From contig JAVLKG010000004.1 in the NCBI GenBank assembly GCA_032128875.1, forward strand, positions 576,001 through 640,000: a stretch of 64,000 nucleotides of DNA, written 5' to 3'. Source of the DNA: Candidatus Melainabacteria bacterium 17Bon1m (lineage in GTDB: Bacteria > Cyanobacteriota > Vampirovibrionia > Obscuribacterales > Obscuribacteraceae). Shown here in pieces: positions 20,285 to 29,510 of this stretch. How positions within the stretch are numbered: the first letter of the stretch is position 1; every line of letters begins with the position of its first letter. Both the position numbers and the translations under genes were made by a program. The notes beneath the pieces are model-generated. The model saw nothing but the letters and a program-made list of their open reading frames with translations. It was not told the DNA's origin and ran no database searches.

Positions 20285-21133
20285 CTACTGTGGCGGCTTG
20301 GCTATATAAGTACGAGACCAGCTCAAACAGCCGGGACGCCCGATGATTACTGAAGACTCGAGACGTACACTGTCCCTCGGAAATACGATCGACTCACCTT
20401 CAATGGGACCAACTTCCAGTTGTCCGCCTAGAGCAATCGCAATTGGACCGGCAGTGTCCCAGGTTTTCAACCGGCCCGCCAAATGAACATACAGATCAGC
20501 GTATCCTTCGAGAACTTTGGCGACTTTCAGTCCGATGCTGCCCATTTTGACGACTTCAACTTGCGGCAGCTCACCCACCCACGGATGACTCTTTCGATCG
20601 CGACCGCCCATGATGACTCGCGCATTCGATTCAATCTGCAGTGTTGCCAACTCAGAAAAACGTTCGCTTGGAGCGTCGTCCTTTTCAAAGTGCGCACCAT
20701 AACCGGGTCCGCCATAATAAAGCGTCTGCCATGCCGGTGCATAAACCCAACCAAATATCGGCGCGCCTTCAACGAGAAGACCAATCATCACCGAATACTG
20801 TCCGTCATTGCAAATGTAATTGTCTGTTCCATCTATAGGATCGACCAGCCAAACTCTTTGCTTCGTGCCTTCAGGGCAGTGATGCTCATCTTCTTCGGAA
20901 ACAATTTCGTCATTGGGAAAGCGCGCGCTGAGCTGCTTCACCAATTGCTTTGAAATTGCGCAATCGGCTGCGGTTACTTTGTCCGACGGTCCAGACTTTT
21001 CTCGAATATCTACGCCTTCACGCATGGCGATAGCAATTGCGCCTGCTTCGCGCACAATTTTTTTGACATACTCAATGTCTTCTGCGCTAACTGATGGTTG
21101 TCCGGTCACGGGCTTACCGCTTAGTGTTGCCAA
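20285..21133 (-). CDS. cysQ: 3'(2'),5'-bisphosphate nucleotidase / inositol monophosphatase family
   Basis: VTAAD, VSEE, WLVDPIDGT, GSIGLKV, WDTAG. Confidence 0.85.
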   Translation of the reverse strand: MATLSGKPVTGQPSVSAEDIEYVKKIVREAGAIAIAMREGVDIREKSGPSDKVTAADCAISKQLVKQLSARFPNDEIVSEEDEHHCPEGTKQRVWLVDPIDGTDNYICNDGQYSVMIGLLVEGAPIFGWVYAPAWQTLYYGGPGYGAHFEKDDAPSERFSELATLQIESNARVIMGGRDRKSHPWVGELPQVEVVKMGSIGLKVAKVLEGYADLYVHLAGRLKTWDTAGPIAIALGGQLEVGPIEGESIVFPRDSVRLESSVIIGRPGCLSWSRTYIAKPPQ

Positions 21134-21168
21134 CTTATGGGAGTCCTTAAAACTTAAAACTGTGTCGC

Positions 21169-21648
21169 CTAAGACTTAGAGGCCGACGGTTCTTCTGAGT
21201 ACATACGGCATTTGAATTCGTCGGCTAGCTTATTGTCGAGCAAATCAGCTACGTATGCGACGTTCCAAACCAATTCATCCAGCTCTTCTTGCACGAGTCC
21301 AAGGGTCGGTCTTTGGGCGACAACAAGAACAATGTTGTCGTGCGTCGCCAGCGCGCAGCTGCTCAAATTAGCATTCAAATCCAGCATCTTCTTATACATC
21401 GCCTCGCGATTAGCTTCAGGCAAGTGTACGAGAGGACTGGTTATGCGCAAAACAGCGCCATTCGGGCTGTCCTGGATGAAAACATAAATTTTCGCCGAGC
21501 CTTCAGTCAACCACCAGCCGTAGCCTTCAGAGCCATTGAGCTGGTGCTTGCCCAGATCAAGACCACGGCGGCTGAAATAGTTGTCGACCATGCCGACAGC
21601 CTCTTCAGTGACTCCTTTGTTGACTTTTTGCGTTCCAAAAAGGCCCAT
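21169..21648 (-). CDS. YbjN/CesT-like chaperone-fold protein
   Basis: WWLTEGSA, LRITSPLV.LP, KMLDLNA, ADLLDNKLADEF pattern. Confidence 0.72.
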   Translation of the reverse strand: MGLFGTQKVNKGVTEEAVGMVDNYFSRRGLDLGKHQLNGSEGYGWWLTEGSAKIYVFIQDSPNGAVLRITSPLVHLPEANREAMYKKMLDLNANLSSCALATHDNIVLVVAQRPTLGLVQEELDELVWNVAYVADLLDNKLADEFKCRMYSEEPSASKS

Positions 21649-22001
21649 GGCTTTGTCCTCTCGACTGCCTCATCGAGGCGTTAATTCCGCTGGCTTCGTC
21701 CGTACTTATTAAAGAGCGGGGATATGCCACACAGTATACCGCCGCCCGCTACAGCGCGCATTGGACGGAAGTTAGGAGCCTTAAAGCCGCTTATCCTTTG
21801 ATAATCGGCAATTGAGAACACAGATACGGACGCCATTTACAACCGGGATTTTTCTGGGCATTCCCATAAACGTCCACGGGTTGGGCAAAACAAGGTTTCA
21901 TCGTGTCTGTTATAAGGTCGTTTACAGAGCTGGCTAGAGCGCGAAACGCATGATAAAATACTCAAACTGACCTTGGGTCGGTACCTCTTTGTGTGCTCTA
22001 T

Positions 22002-22073
<72 letters not shown>

Positions 22074-22088
22074 CATATTAGAAAGCTT

Positions 22089-22119
22089 AGTCGCGACAGC
22101 CTTACCGGTTGTCGCGATT
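22089..22119 (+). terminator. stem-loop after tRNA-Asn
   Basis: agtcgcgacagcc/ggttgtcgcgatt followed by gcttcttt. Confidence 0.7.
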
Positions 22120-22152
22120 GCTTCTTTAAAGCCGCATCTTCATAATTTAGAG

Positions 22153-24207
22153 ATGGCAACGGTTAATTTCATGCTGCAAGATCTATCGGCTTCGGCCCTT
22201 GGGTTCGCGGTATGGGCGGTTCTTGGGATCTCGCAGGGGTATTTGATTGGCTATGGCGCCAATACCCTGCGGTTTCGCTCAAAAACCCTGGGCAACAGGT
22301 TGCTTCTGGCGATGATGCTATCCGTCAGTATTGTCCCGGTTCTCAATCATCTTATATGTGCAGCATTCGGAATGACCGCGATGGCGATCGCTTCCTTGTC
22401 ATCGGTGCTGCTTTTTATTGCTTTGCTCCTGCGTGATTGGAAACGAGTTGGGACTCTCGTTCAATCCGAGCGGAAATTGAAGGTGCCTCGCAAGGCAATA
22501 GCCATTTGTATTCTTCTCTGGTGTGCACTCGAATATCTAATGATCTGCGATTTGCAATTCGGCTCGCAGCTTTATTTCCCTTCAACTGCTTTGGATTATT
22601 TGAAACACGTTGCAATTACGGATGCAATTTGTAGGAGCGGTGTTCCGCCAACAAATCCTATGTACTCACCCGGCGAATTGCAGGCTCTCTTTTATTACTA
22701 CTTCTGGCACCTAGGCGCCGCCAACGTTGCCAAAATCATTGGATCTGCTTTTGACGGCAGGGCTGCTGTGTTGAGTGGTGCGGTTTGGACGAGTTTGGTT
22801 TTGATTGCAACAGTTGCATATTCCGCGCGCTACTTCAGATTTGTGAAACACGAAGCAGGCAAACTTTCAACGATTGCAGTTTTGCTGCTGCTGGTAGGCA
22901 ACCTATACATCTTTGTCTATTTACCTCTCAATGCCATCTCGGTGATAAATCACCTCAAGGTCTTGCCGAGTATCATTGCCGGCTCACAAGACACGATAAA
23001 TCCATTTACGGTGAATATGTTTTGGGTGCCGCATCATGTTGCTGCATTCGTTTCTATGCTGACTTGCATTTTCCTTTTCAAAGAATCCTGTTCTTCGCAA
23101 AAGACAGGTAGAAAGATACTTCTCGCTCTGCTCAGTGGCATCTGTGCCGCAAGCACTGTAGGGCAGTCTATTTATCTCGGACTGACATTAGCAGGGACTT
23201 TTGCCGGTCTGTTTTTTATCGCGATTTCAAAGCGTTCCAAAACATCCCTTGCAACCTTGATTGCAGTAGGTCTAATTGGAATTGTATTTGCTCTTCCATT
23301 CTTGCGCGAATTGGTGCACAGCAATCATCACCATGAACCGGCTATACAGTTTGCCTTCCGGCAGTTGGATCCTCTGCCCTGGTTTTTTGGCAATCAGCAG
23401 GGAATTATCGTCTGGTTGGTTGAACTTCTTTACTTCCCCTGGTCGTTTCTATTCGGCATGGGGTTTGTACTTGCGGCAGCCGTTTATTACTGGAAGTCTA
23501 CATTTGGAAAGAAAATCGGTGAACGTGAGGAAATTTTGCTCGTCATGTTTGCCGTCTCTATGCTCATCTGCACTTTTCTGCGCTCTGCAATTGTCGGCAA
23601 CGACTTGGGCTGGCGAGCCACAATTCCTGGACTGTTTGCTTGCTTGATTTGGTCAGCAAACTACATGGTCATGGTCGGCAAGCCGGAGTTTCCAAAAGCA
23701 AAAATGACAATTTTCCTCAAAGCCCTCATTGTTATTGGCTTGCTGAACCTTGCTGCTGATTTTGCACTGACAAGATTTGGGTCCATGACCTTTGGCGGTA
23801 CAGCCTTCTATGATCTTCGCGCAGTTTACGATCAATTGAATAAGCAAACAAAAGTCAATTCAATTGTTCAGCATAATCCGATAGATAGAATGATCGTAGG
23901 CAATTACTCGCACCGACAAATGGCTGCCTCTGACGATTTGCAGGGCTTTTGCTTCGGACCGACAAAAGAGGAATATAGTCAAGTAGCCTCGGACGTGAAA
24001 TCAATTTTTCTGCCAGGTCTGACCAGCGATGAGTTACAGAGAATTTGCGGTAAGTATCATATCGATTTCATAGTAATTCGGGACAGCGACCCAATTTGGA
24101 ATGAAAAGGATTCACCCGTTTGGAAATTTCCTCTCGTAGCGGACCGTCCTCACGCAAAAGCGGTGGTTGTAAACCGCCAGCAATTGGTCGAGCCAAACAA
24201 CCGATAA
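22153..24207 (+). CDS. polytopic membrane protein, possible GT-C-fold glycosyltransferase
   Basis: Many TM helices; first loop DYLKH...GVPPTNP...YYYFWH; WVPHH; soluble C-terminal tail. GT-C assignment is by architecture only. Confidence 0.7.
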   Translation: MATVNFMLQDLSASALGFAVWAVLGISQGYLIGYGANTLRFRSKTLGNRLLLAMMLSVSIVPVLNHLICAAFGMTAMAIASLSSVLLFIALLLRDWKRVGTLVQSERKLKVPRKAIAICILLWCALEYLMICDLQFGSQLYFPSTALDYLKHVAITDAICRSGVPPTNPMYSPGELQALFYYYFWHLGAANVAKIIGSAFDGRAAVLSGAVWTSLVLIATVAYSARYFRFVKHEAGKLSTIAVLLLLVGNLYIFVYLPLNAISVINHLKVLPSIIAGSQDTINPFTVNMFWVPHHVAAFVSMLTCIFLFKESCSSQKTGRKILLALLSGICAASTVGQSIYLGLTLAGTFAGLFFIAISKRSKTSLATLIAVGLIGIVFALPFLRELVHSNHHHEPAIQFAFRQLDPLPWFFGNQQGIIVWLVELLYFPWSFLFGMGFVLAAAVYYWKSTFGKKIGEREEILLVMFAVSMLICTFLRSAIVGNDLGWRATIPGLFACLIWSANYMVMVGKPEFPKAKMTIFLKALIVIGLLNLAADFALTRFGSMTFGGTAFYDLRAVYDQLNKQTKVNSIVQHNPIDRMIVGNYSHRQMAASDDLQGFCFGPTKEEYSQVASDVKSIFLPGLTSDELQRICGKYHIDFIVIRDSDPIWNEKDSPVWKFPLVADRPHAKAVVVNRQQLVEPNNR

Positions 24208-24248
24208 GTCGTGGCTTCTTGTAGCGATGTGAGACAAACATCCGGAAG

Positions 24249-26414
24249 TTAAAAAATGCGCCCTATCTTGTTGACGATCTTGCCGAAGAAGGTCTTTACA
24301 CCACGTTTGCGATTATGACGCTCAGTAAAGGTTTCCTCGATGCTATCGCCAACCTTTTCGATGCCGTCACCGACTTTTTCAATTCCATCACCAACTTGCT
24401 CCATTCCATCTTCAACGAAATTTGCAATGGAAAATGGTGCAACTTTAGTCAGCGGGTGTTCAGGAGCAGCGAAAGCCAATGTTTCTGCCGGTCTTTTTGC
24501 TAGATAGCCTTGCATGTAGTCGTGCCAAATACCAGCCATGACACCGCCACCGGTGACGTGGTTTCCGGCGACAGGACGATTATCATCGTTGCCCGCCCAA
24601 GTCGCTGTCACCACATCTGGTGTAAAACCGACAAACCAGATATCTTTCGCTTTGTCGGCGGTGCCAGTCTTGCCTGCTACCGGTACACCTGGAAGATAGG
24701 CTCTGGTGCCGGTTCCTCTGCTGACCACATCCATCAAGGCGTCTACCATTTGACGGCAATTTTCGACCGGTAGCTTTTGCTGGCGTGTTTGCTCGAATAT
24801 TTTATTTATCGACTTGTCTTTGGTTGATATCCGGCGAATAAATGATGGCTGAATGTACATTCCCGAGCGAGCAATTGTCGCATAGGCATTTGCCATTTCC
24901 AGCGGAGAAACAGCACAAGTGCCCAAAGCCAATGACGGATATGCATCCATTTGACTGGTGATACCGGCAGCTTTTGCAGTGAGCACTACGTTGTTCATCC
25001 CTGTTCGCTGACCAACTGCAACCGCGCATACGTTGCGGGACTTGGCTAGTGCGTCGCGAACGGTTATTGTGCCCATATAACCATCATCAAAGTTTCGAGG
25101 TGAATAAACGGAGCCGTCCGGCATTTGCAAAGATAATGGAGCATCGTCCACCATGCTGTCCGGCTGGATAGCTCCGTTGATCAATCCGGCAAGATAGACG
25201 AAAGGCTTAAATGCGGACCCCGCCGTGTGTGGATTGAGCGCTCGGTTCCAGGAGACCTTCCCATATCCACCAACACCACCAACCATGGCAAGTACGCCAC
25301 CATCTTCAACTGATATCGATACGAGAGCACCCTGATTTATTCCTCTTGGAGCATGAATAACTCCTCGCTGCAAGGTCTTTTCGGCAGCAAGTTGAGCTGC
25401 CGGATCGAGGTTGGTATAAATCGAGAGTGGTTTTGACCACAACTTATCACCAATCTGCTCTTTGGCGACACCAAGTACATGATTTATGTAAAACGGGTAT
25501 TTGAGCGGATAATCGCCATCGCTAAAACGCAGTTTTTCTGTTTCCGCTTGAGAGGCGCGCAGTTTTGAAACTAATTTGGCTTCCACCATTGCATCTAAAA
25601 CTTGATGTTGGCGAGCAATTGCTTCTTTTCTATTTGCTTTTTGACTCAGTTCAGATGGAGCTTTGATCAAACCCGCAAGATATGCGGCCTCTGCAAGACT
25701 GAGTTGCGATGCATGTTTGTTGAAGTAAGCCAATGAAGCGCGCTCGATACCATAAGCACCTTTGCCAAAGTAAATCTGGTTCAAGTAAGTTTCCAGCACT
25801 TTGTTTTTTGAGTGGCTTGCGTTGATCAGAAGTGAGATCCAAGCTTCTTCCGCTTTGCGCATGAATGTGCGGTCTTCGGGGTTAAGATAAAGCGTTTTCA
25901 CCAACTGCTGTGTGATGGTCGAGCCGCCTTCTACCACGTGCCCAGCTTCGAGGTTTTTCACCATCGCTCGTCCGATTCCCGCTGGATCGATACCGAAGTG
26001 GTGATAAAAACTTTTGTCTTCCGCTGCAATTACAGCGTCTCGCATGTTGACCGAAATACGATCGAGCGACACCGGCTCTACATTTTTCTCTTCGTGGACG
26101 GTACAGATCAAGTGATCGTATCTGTCGAAAATCTGTACATTGCCTTTCTGCGCGTTGAGAGAAGGCAAAGAAATAAATGGATAACTGGCAATGCTCTTAA
26201 CCGCAAACGCTGCAATAAGAGAAAGGGAAAGGCACCCAATAATGGTCTTTGTTTTTTGATTCCTTATATCCAATAGGTCGAAAGGTTCGAATCTAAACTT
26301 CGAAGCGCCTGGCTTAGATATGGGCAATTTTCCATTGCGACTGCGTTTGCGCACCTTTTCTATGATTGCGCGCATTTTCGCCTTGGCTACGTCTGATGGT
26401 ATTCGGGTTTGCAT
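24249..26414 (-). CDS. class A penicillin-binding protein (transglycosylase/transpeptidase)
   Basis: AEDKSFYHHFGID, GGSTITQQLVK, YLNQIYFG, GSAFKPF (SxxK), SRN, GKTGT. Confidence 0.95.
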   Translation of the reverse strand: MQTRIPSDVAKAKMRAIIEKVRKRSRNGKLPISKPGASKFRFEPFDLLDIRNQKTKTIIGCLSLSLIAAFAVKSIASYPFISLPSLNAQKGNVQIFDRYDHLICTVHEEKNVEPVSLDRISVNMRDAVIAAEDKSFYHHFGIDPAGIGRAMVKNLEAGHVVEGGSTITQQLVKTLYLNPEDRTFMRKAEEAWISLLINASHSKNKVLETYLNQIYFGKGAYGIERASLAYFNKHASQLSLAEAAYLAGLIKAPSELSQKANRKEAIARQHQVLDAMVEAKLVSKLRASQAETEKLRFSDGDYPLKYPFYINHVLGVAKEQIGDKLWSKPLSIYTNLDPAAQLAAEKTLQRGVIHAPRGINQGALVSISVEDGGVLAMVGGVGGYGKVSWNRALNPHTAGSAFKPFVYLAGLINGAIQPDSMVDDAPLSLQMPDGSVYSPRNFDDGYMGTITVRDALAKSRNVCAVAVGQRTGMNNVVLTAKAAGITSQMDAYPSLALGTCAVSPLEMANAYATIARSGMYIQPSFIRRISTKDKSINKIFEQTRQQKLPVENCRQMVDALMDVVSRGTGTRAYLPGVPVAGKTGTADKAKDIWFVGFTPDVVTATWAGNDDNRPVAGNHVTGGGVMAGIWHDYMQGYLAKRPAETLAFAAPEHPLTKVAPFSIANFVEDGMEQVGDGIEKVGDGIEKVGDSIEETFTERHNRKRGVKTFFGKIVNKIGRIF

Positions 26415-26508
26415 GGTTTTCCGGCAAGAGGGGCCGATTGCTAGACTCTGACGCAGACGCCCGGGCAAGAGCGGTGGTTCCCGGTCACTTGATTGCCTGG
26501 GCAAGGCG

Positions 26509-26535
26509 AAACAGCCGGCCTGGAGCCGGCTGTTT
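26509..26535. terminator. stem-loop after the 26615-27850 gene
   Basis: Perfect inverted repeat aaacagccggc-ctgga-gccggctgttt. Confidence 0.65.
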
Positions 26536-26614
26536 GCTTGTCAGTGCTGTGTGTAGGAAAACTTTGGTTGCGCTTTTGGGGTTATGTTAGAAAAACCAGA
26601 TTTTTCTAACATCC

Positions 26615-27850
26615 TCATTTTTTGCGCTTGGAGCGTGAATTTTTAGTTTTCGCTCTTGACTTTTTGCCCGATTTGCTCGAGCTGGTCGATTTGGCTGTGG
26701 TTGCAGTTTTGCTGGTTTCCTTGCTCGCTGCTGCTGCTGCAACAGCTGGCATCTTGCCTGCTTTATATTCCGAATCGCAGTATCTGTCGATAGAATCCTG
26801 TGTTCTTGTTGCGAAGTCCTTTTCTGATAGCAAGAACTGGGAGACATTCGGAGTCGTTTGATTGAAATCGGTCAGATCGATTATTTGCTGTTCGCAAATG
26901 GCTTCTTCGACATACTGAGGCTCGACAGCGCTCGATGAATTAGCGGTTTCGTTGGGTCCGAATAGGGCAGGTTGTCCTGCTCTATAGTCGAAGGTCCTGG
27001 AATCATCCTCTTCATTGAAGACAGCTTTCGATATCGCCAGGTCCAACAATTCGCTGGTCATCATGTTGCCGCCGCGACCTCTGTCTTTGAACATTTGCGC
27101 TTTTGTGCGCTCTAGAAGTTGGTGGAATTGCTTGAGGATAAAGCTCATTCTTTCTTCTGCCGAAGTCTCTTGTCCGTCCATAGTCCAAACGACTTTGGAA
27201 CCGTTTACTTCAGCAAAAATTCTGGCAACAGGCTTGAAAAATGTTTCTACTTTGGTCAATCTCATTACTTTGTCTACAGGCATCAGGAATATATCGATGC
27301 GCCCATCTATACCGCGGAAGAGCAGGCTCCATGTGCGGGTCGAAAAGCGTGCACGATAATCTTTTTTGATTTCATACGAATCATGTGCGCCTGGAAGTTT
27401 GATATTTTCTACAATAATTTCCGGACCGGTTAGCACCGTATACAGTTCAGTGTGTCCGACTGCAGTATTGACAAGACCGGCATACGGACTAAGCATTCCA
27501 ACAATTTTTCCGATGTAAGCGTGAATGGCATTGCTCTTGAGCAGCTCTTCTCTTTCTCTTTGTTTGGCGTGCTTATGCTCTTCTTCAATAAAAATAAGCG
27601 CTTCATTGGCAAGGTCTTCAAGCAACGCAGCATGATCGTGCTCAATAGTCATACTATTGAAAGAATTGAGAACACCTTTGCTGTGAGCGTTTTGCAACTC
27701 GAAATTTGAGCCTCGCAGATCCTTATAGATTTGCCTGTCTCTTTGACGGCTCAGGATGTTCACTTTGCCCCAGGCTCTTTGAAAGAAGGGCTCTTTCTCT
27801 TTGATGCCGGCAACATTGAGCATAAAAGTGTAGTAAGGGTTAGTGGACAT
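26615..27850 (-). CDS. hypothetical protein with basic Lys/Ser-rich C-terminal tail
   Basis: 411-aa ORF, aagggg RBS; ends AKSTSSSKSGKKSRAKTKNSRSKRKK. Confidence 0.8.
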   Translation of the reverse strand: MSTNPYYTFMLNVAGIKEKEPFFQRAWGKVNILSRQRDRQIYKDLRGSNFELQNAHSKGVLNSFNSMTIEHDHAALLEDLANEALIFIEEEHKHAKQREREELLKSNAIHAYIGKIVGMLSPYAGLVNTAVGHTELYTVLTGPEIIVENIKLPGAHDSYEIKKDYRARFSTRTWSLLFRGIDGRIDIFLMPVDKVMRLTKVETFFKPVARIFAEVNGSKVVWTMDGQETSAEERMSFILKQFHQLLERTKAQMFKDRGRGGNMMTSELLDLAISKAVFNEEDDSRTFDYRAGQPALFGPNETANSSSAVEPQYVEEAICEQQIIDLTDFNQTTPNVSQFLLSEKDFATRTQDSIDRYCDSEYKAGKMPAVAAAAASKETSKTATTAKSTSSSKSGKKSRAKTKNSRSKRKK

Positions 27851-28024
27851 GGTTAGACCCCTTCAAATGTTTATTGAATTGGAAACACGGCACGCAGCCG
27901 GGCGAACACGCGGTGGAAGCCTTCTCAGACCTCGCTTTTACCGGTGCGCCTTGCGCTCTATATCTGCATCTTACGCCGCAGTGCTGGGATTGTGAATTCT
28001 CAAAATGCCTTTATCAATTGTGAG

Positions 28025-28040
28025 TATAGGAAAACCTATA
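28025..28040. promoter_or_regulatory. palindromic candidate regulator-binding site
   Basis: tatagg-aaaa-cctata in a divergent intergenic region. Confidence 0.35.
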
Positions 28041-28300
28041 TATGACTCGACTATACGAGCAGTCCATAGGCCGAGGGCTCGACCTGGGTAATACCGATAT
28101 ATGGAACTTATCGGCTTTTCGGCTGTCTCATCTTTCTGTTCGCTAGATTTCTTCGAAATTCAATATCTGTCGCCCTTTTAGGGTTTGAGAAGCTGATAAG
28201 ATTTGCATGAGGGTGCCTAAAGTTGCAAAGTGATTCGGGGCTATCCCCCTCCCACAACAGTCGTAGTTCCGCACGAACTTTCCAAACTGTCCCAGTAGTA

Positions 28301-29494
28301 ATGGATTCTTCAAACACATTCTCCGACCGATTCAAGGCGACGCCCGCCAGCCAGTCATGCTCGCATGCTGGGTCGCTGGCCCCCGTCAAATTGGCGATGG
28401 TCAGTTGCGGGCTCGGCAATGTCAACAGAGGTTTTGAAGTTTCGACGGCACGTTGGTATTCGGCACTAAAAAACGACCCGCGCCTGGATGTTCGCCTTTT
28501 TGCCGGAGGGAATTATCCGGATAGCACTTGGGTTGCCAATCTTCCGCGTGATTTCCTTCTGCGCTGGCCGCTATACATCGCTTCTCTTTTCAATAAAAAA
28601 CATGTTTGGGAGTTTGCTTACGGCGCGGAAATGGTGACCTTCGCCATCGGCTTGCTTCCCCACATAATTTCCTATCGCCCAGACGTAGTTTGGACAAAAG
28701 AAGCACCATTTGGTTATGTGCTTATCTTCTTCAGAGACCTTCTTCGCCTGAAGTTCAAAGTGGTAATCGCGAATGGTGGCGGTTTTAAACCGAACACAGT
28801 CAAGCTATTCGATTACGTTCAACACCTTCAACCATCCTCCTATGAGGCAGCACTTTCTTTCGGAATTCCAAAGGAGCGCATGCAGGTTCTTCCGCACTTC
28901 GCTCGCTATGTTCAGCCGGATGCGCCCAGAGAAGAGGTAAGAAGAGAGTTTGGGCTTGCTCCTGACGAATATGCAGTTATTACTGTTTCCGCATGGAATC
29001 GTCATCACAAAAGAATCGATTACATTATCAATGAAGTCGCTCGGATGAACGACCCGAAAGTGAAAGTGATTATGTGCGGGCATCCGGAGCCTGATACGCC
29101 CGGCTTGAAAGAACTCGGCAAGAAGTTACTGGGCGATCGCATTCAGTGGCTGACACTGCCTGCAGAAGGTGTGCATCGCGCTCTTTATGCTTCGGATGCT
29201 TATGTTATTGCCAGCATTGATGAGGTTTTTGGCGCAGCGACAATTGAAGCGGCTCTGGCAGAAAAGCCGATTGCCTGCCATCCTAATGCCGGGACCAATT
29301 ACATCCTTGGTAAGTTCGTCGGAAATACTGATTTGACAAAGGATGGAGCACTCGCAGCAAGGCTCAATCAAATTCGAAACGAACCACCTTCGAAAGAAAA
29401 TTTGAAAGAAATTCGTGACAGCGTCAACAGCAAATTCAGCGAAGAAGTCTTGTGTGGAAGATTCGCCGATGCGGTTTGTAGCCTTCGAGGCTAA
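28301..29494 (+). CDS. glycosyltransferase family 4 (GT-B)
   Basis: RGFE N-terminal loop, HHKRIDYII, ASDAYVIASIDEVFGAATIEAALAEKP (EX7E); start uncertain. Confidence 0.9.
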   Translation: MDSSNTFSDRFKATPASQSCSHAGSLAPVKLAMVSCGLGNVNRGFEVSTARWYSALKNDPRLDVRLFAGGNYPDSTWVANLPRDFLLRWPLYIASLFNKKHVWEFAYGAEMVTFAIGLLPHIISYRPDVVWTKEAPFGYVLIFFRDLLRLKFKVVIANGGGFKPNTVKLFDYVQHLQPSSYEAALSFGIPKERMQVLPHFARYVQPDAPREEVRREFGLAPDEYAVITVSAWNRHHKRIDYIINEVARMNDPKVKVIMCGHPEPDTPGLKELGKKLLGDRIQWLTLPAEGVHRALYASDAYVIASIDEVFGAATIEAALAEKPIACHPNAGTNYILGKFVGNTDLTKDGALAARLNQIRNEPPSKENLKEIRDSVNSKFSEEVLCGRFADAVCSLRG

Positions 29495-29510
29495 CTGTCA
29501 GTTCGGCGGA

